A stretch of DNA of 57,382 nucleotides, taken from IMG/VR virus record IMGVR_UViG_3300035208_002853, positions 88,033 to 145,414 of that record; one strand, given 5' to 3'. The translations under genes were made by a program, and so were the position numbers. The stretch comes from a virus (lineage: Duplodnaviria > Heunggongvirae > Uroviricota > Caudoviricetes). Below, one piece after another: positions 26,514-36,417 of this stretch. Below the pieces are notes generated by a model. It saw only the letters and a list, made by a program, of their open reading frames with translations, made no database searches and was not told where the DNA came from. The first letter of the stretch is position 1, and each line of letters opens with the position of its first letter.

Positions 26514-28100
26514 TTGATGTTGTTCAAAGCTGCCCTCGATAAATCTAGTATTTTAGTAGAAAATTCTACCGAAGGGCCATTAAATATTAAAATTTTAGCA
26601 ATTACCCCCGGAACGATGCTTCCTCTCAGGGATGAAGCGGGTAACGTAGCCGCGCAGTTCGAGGCGACTGAGGATTTAATTAAGGGTGCGATTTCTAGAA
26701 GCAGGGGTGGATTGTTGAATATCGATCACGCCGATCCGATAAATAGTCGTGTTGGAATTTTTTCAAAAGTTATCTATGATGGGGGATTTTTAGCCTTTGC
26801 CCAGATACTTTGCCCGAAATGGGCGAAAATCGTGGCCTCTGGTGAAGATTCCTATTCTGGTTTGTCAGTAGAGGGTTCGATTACTGGTCCCGATATGGAG
26901 CATCCCGAATCTATTGACATTTACTCTATTTCTCTTTTGTCGAATGAGAGAAGTCCCCAAGGTGGAGCATGCGATAGAGATCACTGTAAAGTAGAAATTC
27001 TTCAAGACGATGAGGACTTAGAATCTAATTCCATTAAAGCCGCTTGGTCTCCCAACTATGACGCTTTTTGGTCTTATATCGAGACTGATGGAAAAATTAA
27101 CCAGTCTAAAGCTAAAAAGATTTTCTTAAAAAAGACTGGCGACGGATCTAATCGAGGAGATTGGCATTATCCATTTGCCCACATGACGAGTGAAGGTGGC
27201 CCCGAACCAGATGTAGAAGGTTTGATGGCGGCATACAAAAGAGCCGCGCAGCAAGGTGAGACTGGACTGTTCTCTAAAATTAGATCTAAAATGAGAAGTA
27301 TTGATATGGAAATTCCAGAAGGATTAAAAGCTTCGAAAGAAAAACTTGAGGCATCTTTCGATAAAGATACTCAAACTTTCTCAGCGAAAATCGTCGATGA
27401 AGATAACGAGGTTTTATCTGAGAAAAAAATTATAATTATTGAAAATGATTCTATTAAAGGTGATTTAGAAATGCCTAAGAAAGAGCTGAAGGCTGAAATT
27501 GTTGCCGAAGAAAAGGTAGATGCTAAGATTGAGGCGGGTTCCGCCGAGATTAAGGCCGATATTCCCGAGGTAAAAGTTGAGGCCGAAGCCAAGATTAAAG
27601 CCGCGCCCCCGGATGTCCCAATATTGGAAGTTCCCGGAGTAAAGGCTGAAGTTCCCATAGCGGCTCCTATTATTGAGCCCACGCTTGATTGGGGGCTTGT
27701 AAAGAATACGCTTGGAATCTCAAGTGTGGATGAATTTAATCGGGTCAAGGAGTCTGCTGGCAGAGTCTCGTCTCTCGAAGAGAAGATTGATACGATTCTT
27801 AAGGAGAACGCAGATCTTCGTTCTTATAAGGACGATCAGACGAGAAAAATGCTGCTTGATGTGTATCCCCCTGCGATTACCAAAGATATTGCTGCGGCAT
27901 TTTCGGAATATACAAACGATCCGATCGCATTTACCCAAAAATATTCTTCTGATGCTGTGAAATTTGCAGCTTCAAAAAATGTCAAACTCCAGGGTTCCGC
28001 CGCGGAGTCCGAGGTCACAGAGGAAGCGAGAAAAATGCAGGCCCGAAAAGAAAAGCGCGACGGATTTCTCAAAGCAACCGGGGGACCGGTTATAAGATGA
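26514..28100 (+). CDS. Prohead protease/scaffold protein
   Basis: LNIDH and GLSVEG protease-like motifs, acidic coiled C-terminus, position before decoration and capsid genes. Confidence 0.7.
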   Translation: MMLFKAALDKSSILVENSTEGPLNIKILAITPGTMLPLRDEAGNVAAQFEATEDLIKGAISRSRGGLLNIDHADPINSRVGIFSKVIYDGGFLAFAQILCPKWAKIVASGEDSYSGLSVEGSITGPDMEHPESIDIYSISLLSNERSPQGGACDRDHCKVEILQDDEDLESNSIKAAWSPNYDAFWSYIETDGKINQSKAKKIFLKKTGDGSNRGDWHYPFAHMTSEGGPEPDVEGLMAAYKRAAQQGETGLFSKIRSKMRSIDMEIPEGLKASKEKLEASFDKDTQTFSAKIVDEDNEVLSEKKIIIIENDSIKGDLEMPKKELKAEIVAEEKVDAKIEAGSAEIKADIPEVKVEAEAKIKAAPPDVPILEVPGVKAEVPIAAPIIEPTLDWGLVKNTLGISSVDEFNRVKESAGRVSSLEEKIDTILKENADLRSYKDDQTRKMLLDVYPPAITKDIAAAFSEYTNDPIAFTQKYSSDAVKFAASKNVKLQGSAAESEVTEEARKMQARKEKRDGFLKATGGPVIR

Positions 28101-28123
28101 TTAAATTTCAAGGTGATTTATAA

Positions 28124-28768
28124 ATGGCTACCCTGTACGACTGTATGGCACTCAAAACCGTTACCAATCAGGCTCAAACTGCTGTCAATGGACCAATTAT
28201 TTTAGACTGTTGGTTTGAGGAGTCTGATATAACGGTTTCTTCCGCTAAAACTCACTCCATTGGCGGCGTAATGCTTGATAGACCTCTCTATACTTGGGCG
28301 TCTCAAGTGACTTATGCGGATAATCCGCAGGCTCCAGACTTTGTTTCTCCTGCTGCTCAGAACGCAGAGTATACTTATGCAAAGTTATATGGAAAGCCCA
28401 TTCTTGTGCTTTCCAGTTCTATAACTTCTGGAACGACCCCCATTGTCGGAGTTCTTGGAAACGATCTACTTGGACCTGTGTGTATTCCTCCGACTTCCGC
28501 AGCCGCCGATTCTGTAGCAGAAAGAGTTGCTGGCAGATATCTCAGACACGGACAGTGCACCCTCTTTGGAATGGCCTACTATCCTGTTCCGGTTGATGCT
28601 ACGACCAATATTGACGTTGGTACTCATCTTGTCTATGACAAGAGTTCTGCCCTATTCAAGTATCAGGCCGCAGGAACTTCCCCCGTAATCGCTATGCATT
28701 CTGCTGAAGATGCAAGTGGTCAGTATGTCGGCGCACTGTTCTACGGTTGCCCCGAGGCTGAAACTTAA
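28124..28768 (+). CDS. Head decoration/cement protein (putative)
   Basis: Lies between scaffold and capsid genes; beta-rich; AAGTS..IAMHSA pattern. Confidence 0.6.
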   Translation: MATLYDCMALKTVTNQAQTAVNGPIILDCWFEESDITVSSAKTHSIGGVMLDRPLYTWASQVTYADNPQAPDFVSPAAQNAEYTYAKLYGKPILVLSSSITSGTTPIVGVLGNDLLGPVCIPPTSAAADSVAERVAGRYLRHGQCTLFGMAYYPVPVDATTNIDVGTHLVYDKSSALFKYQAAGTSPVIAMHSAEDASGQYVGALFYGCPEAET

Positions 28769-28792
28769 AATTATATTTGAGGTGAATTAACA

Positions 28793-29755
28793 ATGGCAAG
28801 TAAACCAAATACCGATATTTATCAGAATCGTGAAACTATCAGCGATTTGATCCGCGAATTCATGGTTCCTAATATGCCTATGCTTTTCAAATATCCTTTT
28901 AAGGAGATAAGCACTCAGGCAATTATCGCAAAAAGAAAGAATTATACTGCGGATACAGATCCCAAGAAGATTGAACCCTCCCTTGGTGGAACTCGCGAGA
29001 CTGCGTGGAATAATGTTTCGATTAGTCTCGGTGAGCAGGTCCCCATCAATACCGATATCAGAAAGGCTGGTACTGCTTTTAAGAATGCAGATCTTAACAA
29101 TCCCACTTTCGAGTCTGACGTGAGAGATGTTTATTCTCAAATGGCTTGGGTAATTAGCGATCAGATAAATTCTGATATCTTCGCTCAACTTATTGCTGGT
29201 AATGGTGCAGATACCACCAACATAACCGCAAAAGCTGGTGGAGAATGGTCCGGCGCAGCCGATCCCCTCGGGGATATTAGAGCAATCGCTCAAGATATTC
29301 GTGCAAATCGCGGATTTAAACTTGATACAGTGGTTGTAAATGCGACCAACTACTACGAGCTATTCGACCACCTGGAAACGTCAGATGCCGATATGGACTA
29401 CGTTAGGGAGAAAGTAGCTTCTCAGCGACAGTTTTACGAGATGATAACCTATATCAAGAATATAGGATGTACCGTTATTGGTGTAGACGAAGGCGTTACC
29501 GAGTCTAACATCCTTGGAATAGGCACCTTCATGAACATGCCATGTTATGAGACCTTCTCTTATCACGATCCAGATTACAATGTCCAGCCCATTGCGGACA
29601 GCGCTAATCAAGGTCTCGGAGCCGCCAATATTCCCCTAAACGTGAATACCTTCGATTCCGTTGATGGATTCGAACACAATGTGTACTCTTGGGTCGACTC
29701 TGTAACTCACGTAGCTAGACCAAAGGGTATCCTTTACAAGACTGGTGTGATTTAA
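28793..29755 (+). CDS. Major capsid protein (HK97-fold, putative)
   Basis: 320 aa, synteny, DPLGDI...DTVVVN motif, ends GILYKTGVI; strong GAGGTGA SD. Confidence 0.8.
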   Translation: MASKPNTDIYQNRETISDLIREFMVPNMPMLFKYPFKEISTQAIIAKRKNYTADTDPKKIEPSLGGTRETAWNNVSISLGEQVPINTDIRKAGTAFKNADLNNPTFESDVRDVYSQMAWVISDQINSDIFAQLIAGNGADTTNITAKAGGEWSGAADPLGDIRAIAQDIRANRGFKLDTVVVNATNYYELFDHLETSDADMDYVREKVASQRQFYEMITYIKNIGCTVIGVDEGVTESNILGIGTFMNMPCYETFSYHDPDYNVQPIADSANQGLGAANIPLNVNTFDSVDGFEHNVYSWVDSVTHVARPKGILYKTGVI

Positions 29756-29800
29756 ACCACACCTAGTCTTCCTATGACTTTTTTGGAGGACACTATTTTT

Positions 29801-30229
29801 ATGTACGAAAAGAAAAAGAAAGATGAACCAGTTGTCGATTCTATCCCCGAGACCAAAACACCCCTCAAGCAAGACATCCAAGTATCCAAGGCCGACACTT
29901 CAACAGGAAACTACATCCTGCGTCTTGATGGACTCGTTACTCAGATTCAAAAGGAACTCGAAAAGATTCCTGCGGGTGACATCCCCGTAAAGGTGCTTCA
30001 CGAGGCCGCAGACCTTCATACTTTTGGAAGACAGACTTACTTGTTTTTCATGGAAAAGTCCAAGAATCTCGGCGAGAAGGTGCTTCTTATTGATGCTGTA
30101 GGCTTGGAAGAACTGAGTCGGAAAGTAAAAGATATTTACGGCAAATATCGGCTTATAGATGTGGTTTCTCAGCCTGTTAATAAGAGACCGCAGAGTAAGA
30201 AGATTTATTTAGCAATATTTGTTGGATAA
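29801..30229 (+). CDS. Hypothetical protein
   Basis: GGAGG SD before MYEKK (ORF track 29774). Confidence 0.6.
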   Translation: MYEKKKKDEPVVDSIPETKTPLKQDIQVSKADTSTGNYILRLDGLVTQIQKELEKIPAGDIPVKVLHEAADLHTFGRQTYLFFMEKSKNLGEKVLLIDAVGLEELSRKVKDIYGKYRLIDVVSQPVNKRPQSKKIYLAIFVG

Positions 30230-30363
30230 AACAAACCCGAATAGATTAGAAACATTGACTTTCATAGATAAAAATCGGAATTCGCTTCCAAAAAGAGGCT
30301 GTCCTTTCATGAAAGTTTAAATTCTTCTGATCTATTTTAATAATAAAATGGAGTAACAATAGA

Positions 30364-30456
30364 ATGTATGATAATCGCTATCACCGGACCGACTTAAATC
30401 CCATACTGGAAGATGATGACGTACTCGACCGCTGGGCGAGGATTCCCATTCCATGA
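30364..30456 (+). CDS. 30-aa hypothetical peptide MYDNRYHRTDLNPILEDDDVLDRWARIPIP
   Basis: Manual translation; GGAG SD; ATGA coupling to the next ORF. Confidence 0.45.
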   Translation: MYDNRYHRTDLNPILEDDDVLDRWARIPIP

Positions 30457-30626
30457 AGACCATTCTCTTCCTTTTGCTGATGCTGATTATGGGCGGATTG
30501 GCGGAAGACAGCGCCACTGTAACCATATCGGCATGGATTGAGGCAATAAATACCACAAAAAATATTTCATCGAATATCACATATAATAATACTACGGTGA
30601 ATATATGCCAGATTCAAAGCTATTAG
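30453..30626 (+). CDS. 57-aa secreted peptide with multiple N-glycosylation sequons
   Basis: MKTILFLLLMLIMGGLA signal; NTT, NIS, NIT, NNT/NTT; not in ORF track. Confidence 0.6.
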   Translation: MKTILFLLLMLIMGGLAEDSATVTISAWIEAINTTKNISSNITYNNTTVNICQIQSY

Positions 30627-31138
30627 GCAACGACGAGAAAACATACCTAGGTAGATATACCTGGGATGCCATCTACGCACAGAAACATGTTGCGGTGGCG
30701 TCAGGGACACTGGAATCAATCCGACTGAAGTGCCCGGATATCATCCCACAAAATCGGGTGGGTATCTACACCGACAACGCGGGAGAGTTGGGGGTACTAT
30801 TGGCATCATCGGGGCTGGTTGCCACTATCACCGGTTGGAATACTATCGACATTTCAAATATAAATATAATATCCGGCACAATCTACTGGCTCGCGGTGGA
30901 CAGCGCGTATGTCGCATCAGGCGGATCTGTATTCGGGAACGATCCGGGCGGGATCTCGCGCGCCAAGGCATGGCCTCACGCTAATGCTTTTCCGAATCCA
31001 GCGGGGACGGACTGGCTCGTTAGGACTCGGGAATTTGCAATCGCTGGATGGGGCACCGTTGGCGGTGCATCCGTGGGCCTGATTGGTGACGGTCTCGTGG
31101 GGAATAGCGTTTTAATCGGCGGGGGATTGGTAGGATGA
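30605..31138 (+). CDS. Putative virion accessory beta-sandwich protein
   Basis: RVGIYTDNAGELG.LLASS...SG.IYWLAV pattern of phage structural domains. Confidence 0.5.
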   Translation: MPDSKLLGNDEKTYLGRYTWDAIYAQKHVAVASGTLESIRLKCPDIIPQNRVGIYTDNAGELGVLLASSGLVATITGWNTIDISNINIISGTIYWLAVDSAYVASGGSVFGNDPGGISRAKAWPHANAFPNPAGTDWLVRTREFAIAGWGTVGGASVGLIGDGLVGNSVLIGGGLVG

Positions 31139-32181
31139 CAGGATACGCAGGAGACTTTTCGTTTGGCCATGTGCTCGTGCCGCTGCCGTTCCCGACACAC
31201 AAAGGCGACGGCACGCCCACGACGCTAGCAGGAACGCCCACAGTCACCGTTTACAAGGATAATACTACCACAAAATCCACATCAGGAGTCACATTAACAG
31301 TTGATTTAGACGGAGTGGCTGGCTCTCATGTGGTGAAGATCGATACTTCCGCAGATGCCGCTTTTTACGCATCGGGGCACGATTTCGTGGCCAAGCTCTC
31401 AGCCGGAACGGTGGATAGCATTTCCGTGGTGGGCTACATAGTCGGATCTTTCTCTATTGAGAATAGGTCAGCTCTGAGGCCAACCGTCCAAGGCAGAACG
31501 CTTGATGTGGCCAGCTCAGGCGAGGCGGGTCTTGATTTCACCAACCGCCTAGATACTACGGGCATCCTGCCAGCGGCCCAGGCGGGCGGATCTGGAGGCT
31601 TGGCGGTCGTTGGCTCTGCGATGGAGGTAGCCACCAAGACGGGCTTCTCGTTATCAGTGACGCCACCAACCGCTCAAAATATTTGGGAGTATGGCACAAG
31701 GGCCTTGACCGACAAGTCAAACTTCGCGTTGGCTCAGGCATTCCCAGCCAATTTTGCCAGCCTCATCATATCTGCATTGGGTAAGATCACGGTTGGTCAG
31801 AATGATGACAAATCCGGTTATGCTCTGACATCGGCCCTATCCGCTCAGAATGTTTGGGAATATGCGACAAGATCCCTCAGCACTTCGCCACCAACCGCGT
31901 TACAAATCGACACTCAATTATCAAGTACTCATGGATCAGGAACCTGGGGAACTGGAGTCGGATCTTCCTCTCTTGACATTACGGTTACTTCTTCGGGAGA
32001 ACCAATCGAGGGAATAATGGTTGAAGTTTACACATCTTCTGCAAAAACGGGATTTGTAAGAAAAACTACGACCGACGGAGCGGGTCTAGCGCATTTTGAT
32101 GTAAACGCGGGAACTTATTATATATGGGTCCTTCATAGTGATTATACTGGGACCAACCCAACTACGGTGACAGTAACATGA
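31135..32181 (+). CDS. Putative virion protein with internal repeats and a C-terminal Ig/carboxypeptidase-regulatory-like domain
   Basis: K.G..L..PPTAQ.IW.Y.TR.L repeats; GLAHFDVNAGTYYI. Confidence 0.55.
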   Translation: MTGYAGDFSFGHVLVPLPFPTHKGDGTPTTLAGTPTVTVYKDNTTTKSTSGVTLTVDLDGVAGSHVVKIDTSADAAFYASGHDFVAKLSAGTVDSISVVGYIVGSFSIENRSALRPTVQGRTLDVASSGEAGLDFTNRLDTTGILPAAQAGGSGGLAVVGSAMEVATKTGFSLSVTPPTAQNIWEYGTRALTDKSNFALAQAFPANFASLIISALGKITVGQNDDKSGYALTSALSAQNVWEYATRSLSTSPPTALQIDTQLSSTHGSGTWGTGVGSSSLDITVTSSGEPIEGIMVEVYTSSAKTGFVRKTTTDGAGLAHFDVNAGTYYIWVLHSDYTGTNPTTVTVT

Positions 32182-32717
32182 CTTCAATAACTATTCCAGT
32201 AACTCCAGTTGTTGTATCTTCAATCGATAGCTATATTTCGGCGTATTGGACAGGATTGAGGACTTCGCTGGATGCAATAAATCCTTCTCTATATACCGAT
32301 CTAGTCGCCAATGCCGCAGTTGTACTTGAAACGTTCGACCACGATTTCTTAACGCTAAGTCAAATAAACCAAGCTCAAGCCTTATTAGTGTGTATAAACG
32401 CCTCAGAATTTTTATCTATAGGCGGAAATAGTAATGATAAATACTATAGTTCGTGGAAAGTATACGATCGTTCGCTTAAGAAAGACATTGGTATGGACCC
32501 TTTTACTGGAGCCTTTTGTCGTCTTTTAAAAATAACTTTCAAGGAATATACCAGTAAAACCTCCGCCGCAAGAAGCGCAATATATATCAAAACAAAGTCT
32601 AATTCGGTATATCTCGCCCCGAGCATGGACCAGCGAGCTCAGGTGTTTAAGGATTATACGCTTGAGGACGTAGCGACTGAACGCAAATCTTATCCTTTAG
32701 ACAACCGTTTTCTTTAG
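32178..32717 (+). CDS. Head-tail adaptor (putative)
   Basis: Size, helical N-terminus and synteny after head genes. Confidence 0.45.
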   Translation: MTSITIPVTPVVVSSIDSYISAYWTGLRTSLDAINPSLYTDLVANAAVVLETFDHDFLTLSQINQAQALLVCINASEFLSIGGNSNDKYYSSWKVYDRSLKKDIGMDPFTGAFCRLLKITFKEYTSKTSAARSAIYIKTKSNSVYLAPSMDQRAQVFKDYTLEDVATERKSYPLDNRFL

Positions 32718-32806
32718 ACTTTCTCTTTTTTTTATTTAGTTTTCTAACCGACAACTTTATATACTTTTGAAGTATTACATTGAGAATATATTATGAGGAC
32801 TACTCT

Positions 32807-32962
32807 ATGAATACTAAATTACAGGAAGAATCTTTTACGTTTAGATTGTCGGGAATTATCAGAAACAAACTCGAAATTCTTGCGGGAAAAGAGGGAATGA
32901 GTACTGCGGCATATCTGAGACATTTCATAACTTCCGAGTATGACAAGAAAATAAATATTTAA
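32807..32962 (+). CDS. Ribbon-helix-helix protein, 51 aa
   Basis: SFTFRLS...NKLEILAGKEGMSTAAYLRHFI; TATA 32756-32763; GAGGA SD (ORF track 32780). Confidence 0.8.
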   Translation: MNTKLQEESFTFRLSGIIRNKLEILAGKEGMSTAAYLRHFITSEYDKKINI

Positions 32963-32981
32963 TTTTTTTGAGATGATTTAG

Positions 32982-34205
32982 TTGACGAAATTAAAAGGAA
33001 TTTATATCAAATGTTTACAGTGCCAAAAAGAATTTTATGTTATGTCATCCAAGAAAGATAGTAAAAAATTTTGCAGTTCAGGGTGTAGGTCGCGATATGA
33101 GGAAGAAAACCGAGAATTAATATATCTTGGGTGTTTACGGTGCGGGAAAGAATTTCGAATTAAGCCGTCCCAAAAGGGTGTTAGAAAATTTTGCAGCTTA
33201 GAGTGTCGAGGGAAATACACGCGAGAAACCCACGAACCGATACAACATACCAATAATTGTTCGTGTTTATTTTGTGGAAAAGAATTTTATAGAACTCCGG
33301 CGGCCATTAAAGACAGTAAAGAACATTTCTGTTCTAAAAAGTGTCTCGAAGACGCTCACAAAAAGGTTGAAGTAATTTGTAAAATGTGCGGGAAAGAGTT
33401 CTATGTAAGTCCATCACAATTGAAAAATGGGAAAAAATTTTGTTCTAATAATTGCGCGCACGGGTTCCGCCGAGGGAAGAAGATTCCGCACATCAAGAAT
33501 AATTGTAAGTGTTTGGTTTGTGAAAAAGAATTCTTTATGATTCCTTCCTTAAAACCTAAAAGAATCGAGTGCTGTTCGAAAGATTGTATAATATTATATA
33601 AAAAATCTAAAAAGATAGAAAAAATCTGTGAGCATTGTGGGGTAACGTTTTATATAGTGCCAGCGCGAGAAAAAGAAGTAAAAGTTAAATTTTGTTCTAA
33701 ACAATGCTATAAGGATGCTCACAAGAAAATAGAATTGATTTGTAAAACATGCGGAAAAACTTTTTATTTAAATCCCCACAAAGTAAACAAGGGCTTCGGT
33801 ATTTATTGTTCAAAACCATGCCGAGCGAAAGATCTTTTAGGCGAAGGCAACCCAAATTGGTGTGAAGGAAATTCGTTCGGACCTTATTGCCCGAAATTTA
33901 ATGAAGATTTGAAACGGAGAGTTCGAGCCTATTTTGGATATAAATGTCTCGTGTGCGGAAAGACAACCGAGGAAAACGGCAGGCAACTAGATGTTCATCA
34001 CATTGAATACAACAAAAAGGCGTGTTGTGACGGAAAACCATTTCAATTCGCCGCGTTATGTCAGTCTTGTCATTTTAGAACCACACCAAAGGTGAATAGA
34101 GAATATTGGGAAACTGTATTACACAGAATAATTGACGAGATGTATGGAGGTAGGAGTTACTTTACCAAAGAAGAATGGAAAGTTATTTGCAAGAAATCCA
34201 TCTAA
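32982..34205 (+). CDS. HNH homing endonuclease with multiple C..CGKEFY...FCS..C Zn-finger repeats
   Basis: About 7 Cys4 repeats; C-terminal CLVCG..LDVHHIEYNK..LCQSCH. Confidence 0.9.
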   Translation: MTKLKGIYIKCLQCQKEFYVMSSKKDSKKFCSSGCRSRYEEENRELIYLGCLRCGKEFRIKPSQKGVRKFCSLECRGKYTRETHEPIQHTNNCSCLFCGKEFYRTPAAIKDSKEHFCSKKCLEDAHKKVEVICKMCGKEFYVSPSQLKNGKKFCSNNCAHGFRRGKKIPHIKNNCKCLVCEKEFFMIPSLKPKRIECCSKDCIILYKKSKKIEKICEHCGVTFYIVPAREKEVKVKFCSKQCYKDAHKKIELICKTCGKTFYLNPHKVNKGFGIYCSKPCRAKDLLGEGNPNWCEGNSFGPYCPKFNEDLKRRVRAYFGYKCLVCGKTTEENGRQLDVHHIEYNKKACCDGKPFQFAALCQSCHFRTTPKVNREYWETVLHRIIDEMYGGRSYFTKEEWKVICKKSI

Positions 34206-34229
34206 ACGTAGATTTCGCGACCTAAACTT

Positions 34230-34253
34230 TTTATTTAATTCATTTTTTTAAAT
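34230..34253 (+). promoter_or_regulatory. Conserved late-module motif, copy 3
   Basis: TTTATTTAATTCATTTTTTTAAAT. Confidence 0.6.
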
Positions 34254-34288
34254 TTTGTATTTAATATTAACATTACAAATTAATTCGC

Positions 34289-35032
34289 ATGAAGAAAGCC
34301 CTCATTGTTGGTATTAATAATTATCCCCAATCCCCACTTCGCGGATGTGTTAACGACGCGAACGACTGGAATAGTACTTTACGGGATAAAGGTTTTACAA
34401 ATTCAGTTCTCCTCGATTCTGTGGCGACAAAATCTAATATCCTGTCTGGCTTGAATTGGCTTGTTTCAGGCGCAGTATCTGGAGATTCTTTAGTGTTTTG
34501 TTATTCCGGTCATGGTTCTAAAGTTCGCGATACCAACGGAGATGAGGCAGATTTATACGATGAAATTCTCTGTCCAGTAGATTTTTTTAGTGGACAATAC
34601 GTGTCTGATGATAATTTAAGGTCCATTTTCTCGGCTCTCCCCATTGGTGTCTCCTTAGATGTATTTATAGATTCCTGTTATTCCGGGACGGCTACTAGAA
34701 GTGCGAATTTGAAGCCAAATAAATTTACATTTCGTTGTATTCCAGGACCAATCACTAATGGCGCTTTATCTCAGAAGGTCGTTACTCTTGTCCTCAACTT
34801 GAATCATTGTCTATGGGCGGGATGTAAAGACAATCAAACTTCCGCCGAGGGAGTTGTTGGTGGAGTCTATAGAGGTTTGTTTACTTATTATGCTGCCCGA
34901 AAAATTCGCGCGGGCGGAATTCGTTCTGATTTGATTTCAAGTATACAATCTTCTGTAACAAGTAAAAATCCCTCTCAAACTCCTCAACTCGAATGTACTC
35001 AGGCCGAGAGTCTGCATCAACCCTTCTTGTGA
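34289..35032 (+). CDS. Caspase-family (peptidase C14) metacaspase-like protease
   Basis: KKALIVGINNY..LRGCVND; YSGHG (catalytic His); DSCYSG (catalytic Cys). Confidence 0.95.
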   Translation: MKKALIVGINNYPQSPLRGCVNDANDWNSTLRDKGFTNSVLLDSVATKSNILSGLNWLVSGAVSGDSLVFCYSGHGSKVRDTNGDEADLYDEILCPVDFFSGQYVSDDNLRSIFSALPIGVSLDVFIDSCYSGTATRSANLKPNKFTFRCIPGPITNGALSQKVVTLVLNLNHCLWAGCKDNQTSAEGVVGGVYRGLFTYYAARKIRAGGIRSDLISSIQSSVTSKNPSQTPQLECTQAESLHQPFL

Positions 35033-35039
35033 GGTTTTT

Positions 35040-35426
35040 ATGGATGACGCAGCTATTTATAAGGAATTGCAAATTATTTCAGTTAATCAAGGTCGAATAG
35101 AGTCCATAGTTACAGGTTTGAAAGAAAATATGGATAAGGTATGTGAGTGGAAAGACGACGTTCTCCCCACTCTTCAAACTTGTAAAAATTATATGGAAGC
35201 CAGAGCAGATCTTCCGGAAAAAATATCGAACCAAGAAAAAGAAATCGAAAGATTGAAAGAAGATTTAAAAACAGAAAAAGATGCAAATGCTGAATCACGG
35301 AAGAAAACCGACTTTTTAATGGTGTGGTTCTGGAAAATTTCTGGAGCCGTTCTATTAATTGGTATTATAAATGTTTTATTGGTTGCTCTGGGGCGGTTTA
35401 TAGATGTTGAATATGTTCTAAAGTAG
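35040..35426 (+). CDS. Coiled-coil protein with C-terminal TM (holin/XhlA-like architecture)
   Basis: Heptad region followed by a hydrophobic span. Confidence 0.5.
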   Translation: MDDAAIYKELQIISVNQGRIESIVTGLKENMDKVCEWKDDVLPTLQTCKNYMEARADLPEKISNQEKEIERLKEDLKTEKDANAESRKKTDFLMVWFWKISGAVLLIGIINVLLVALGRFIDVEYVLK

Positions 35427-35427
35427 G

Positions 35428-35790
35428 GTGATATATGTGGATCTATACCTAACGGTTACTTTTATTTTGTCGGCGCTTGCAATTTTGCTTGTTATTTGGG
35501 CTTTTTTTACGGGAAAAAAACTTTATTCCGTACATATAATGAAAATATTTATTGTCTTTATCCTTCTTTCAACTTGTACGGCGCAAGATGAACTTGAGGA
35601 TGATTTTGTTATTACTGATGACAAACCAATTGTACTTCCAGAAGGAATTATAGACGGGACAAAAATCCTAGAGGATAATGCCAAAAAGGTGATAGATTAC
35701 GCTTTTGAAGATAATGCATGGAGACAATCGGCATATTGGTTTTTATATGGGGACATAAATCTTACAAATGAGACGAATTTAACTGCGTGA
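35428..35790 (+). CDS. Membrane/secreted hypothetical protein
   Basis: N-terminal TM plus signal-like MKIFIVFILLSTCTA. Confidence 0.5.
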   Translation: MIYVDLYLTVTFILSALAILLVIWAFFTGKKLYSVHIMKIFIVFILLSTCTAQDELEDDFVITDDKPIVLPEGIIDGTKILEDNAKKVIDYAFEDNAWRQSAYWFLYGDINLTNETNLTA

Positions 35791-35792
35791 GA

Positions 35793-35817
35793 TTTATTTA
35801 ATTCATAATTTTAAAAT
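35793..35817 (+). promoter_or_regulatory. Conserved late-module motif, copy 4
   Basis: TTTATTTAATTCATAATTTTAAAAT. Confidence 0.6.
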
Positions 35818-35843
35818 GTCATTTCTTAATCCAACAAAGAGTC

Positions 35844-36416
35844 TTGACAATGATTGGCTCCGAAAGCTTCGTTGTTTCACGTCCAAATATTTACCTACTG
35901 TCTAGTGCTCCATGCGTAGATAAAGTTCCTACTGCCCAGCCGCCGACTGGCGGATGTTATATTCGAGCCGAAGGAACTGGTACTGTTGGGACCGCAGTAA
36001 TTACTGGTACAGTCGGAGGAGCAACTACAGTAGAAACGATTTCTAATTTTGATTCCGAGAAAGTAGGGTTCGGAACTCTCAAATTTACCACAATTACTAA
36101 AGTTACGATAACTGGATTTTCCAATTTGATTTTATATCCGGCATCGGAGTCGGGCGAGCGTATAAAGTTAAGTTCATACACTACATTCAATATCCTTGCT
36201 GATTGTTATGACCGCTTTTTGAGTGAACAATCTGGACAATATACAGAATTTGGTGGGTTTAGAAATAAGACCTTTAAGACCCTAATGTTTGATGGTCGTT
36301 TTACTTTACAAAAAGGAGATTTAATTACGATTCTCGGAGATGAACTTACGGTGGCAGATGTTAGTTCGCAGCATTCGCTTTGGTCGTGTCTCTTGGTGAG
36401 TACGCGAGGTAAATAA
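35844..36416 (+). CDS. Head closure/stopper protein (putative)
   Basis: C-terminal beta-barrel pattern LQKGDLITI...TVADV; synteny. Confidence 0.5.
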   Translation: MTMIGSESFVVSRPNIYLLSSAPCVDKVPTAQPPTGGCYIRAEGTGTVGTAVITGTVGGATTVETISNFDSEKVGFGTLKFTTITKVTITGFSNLILYPASESGERIKLSSYTTFNILADCYDRFLSEQSGQYTEFGGFRNKTFKTLMFDGRFTLQKGDLITILGDELTVADVSSQHSLWSCLLVSTRGK

Positions 36417-36417
36417 T

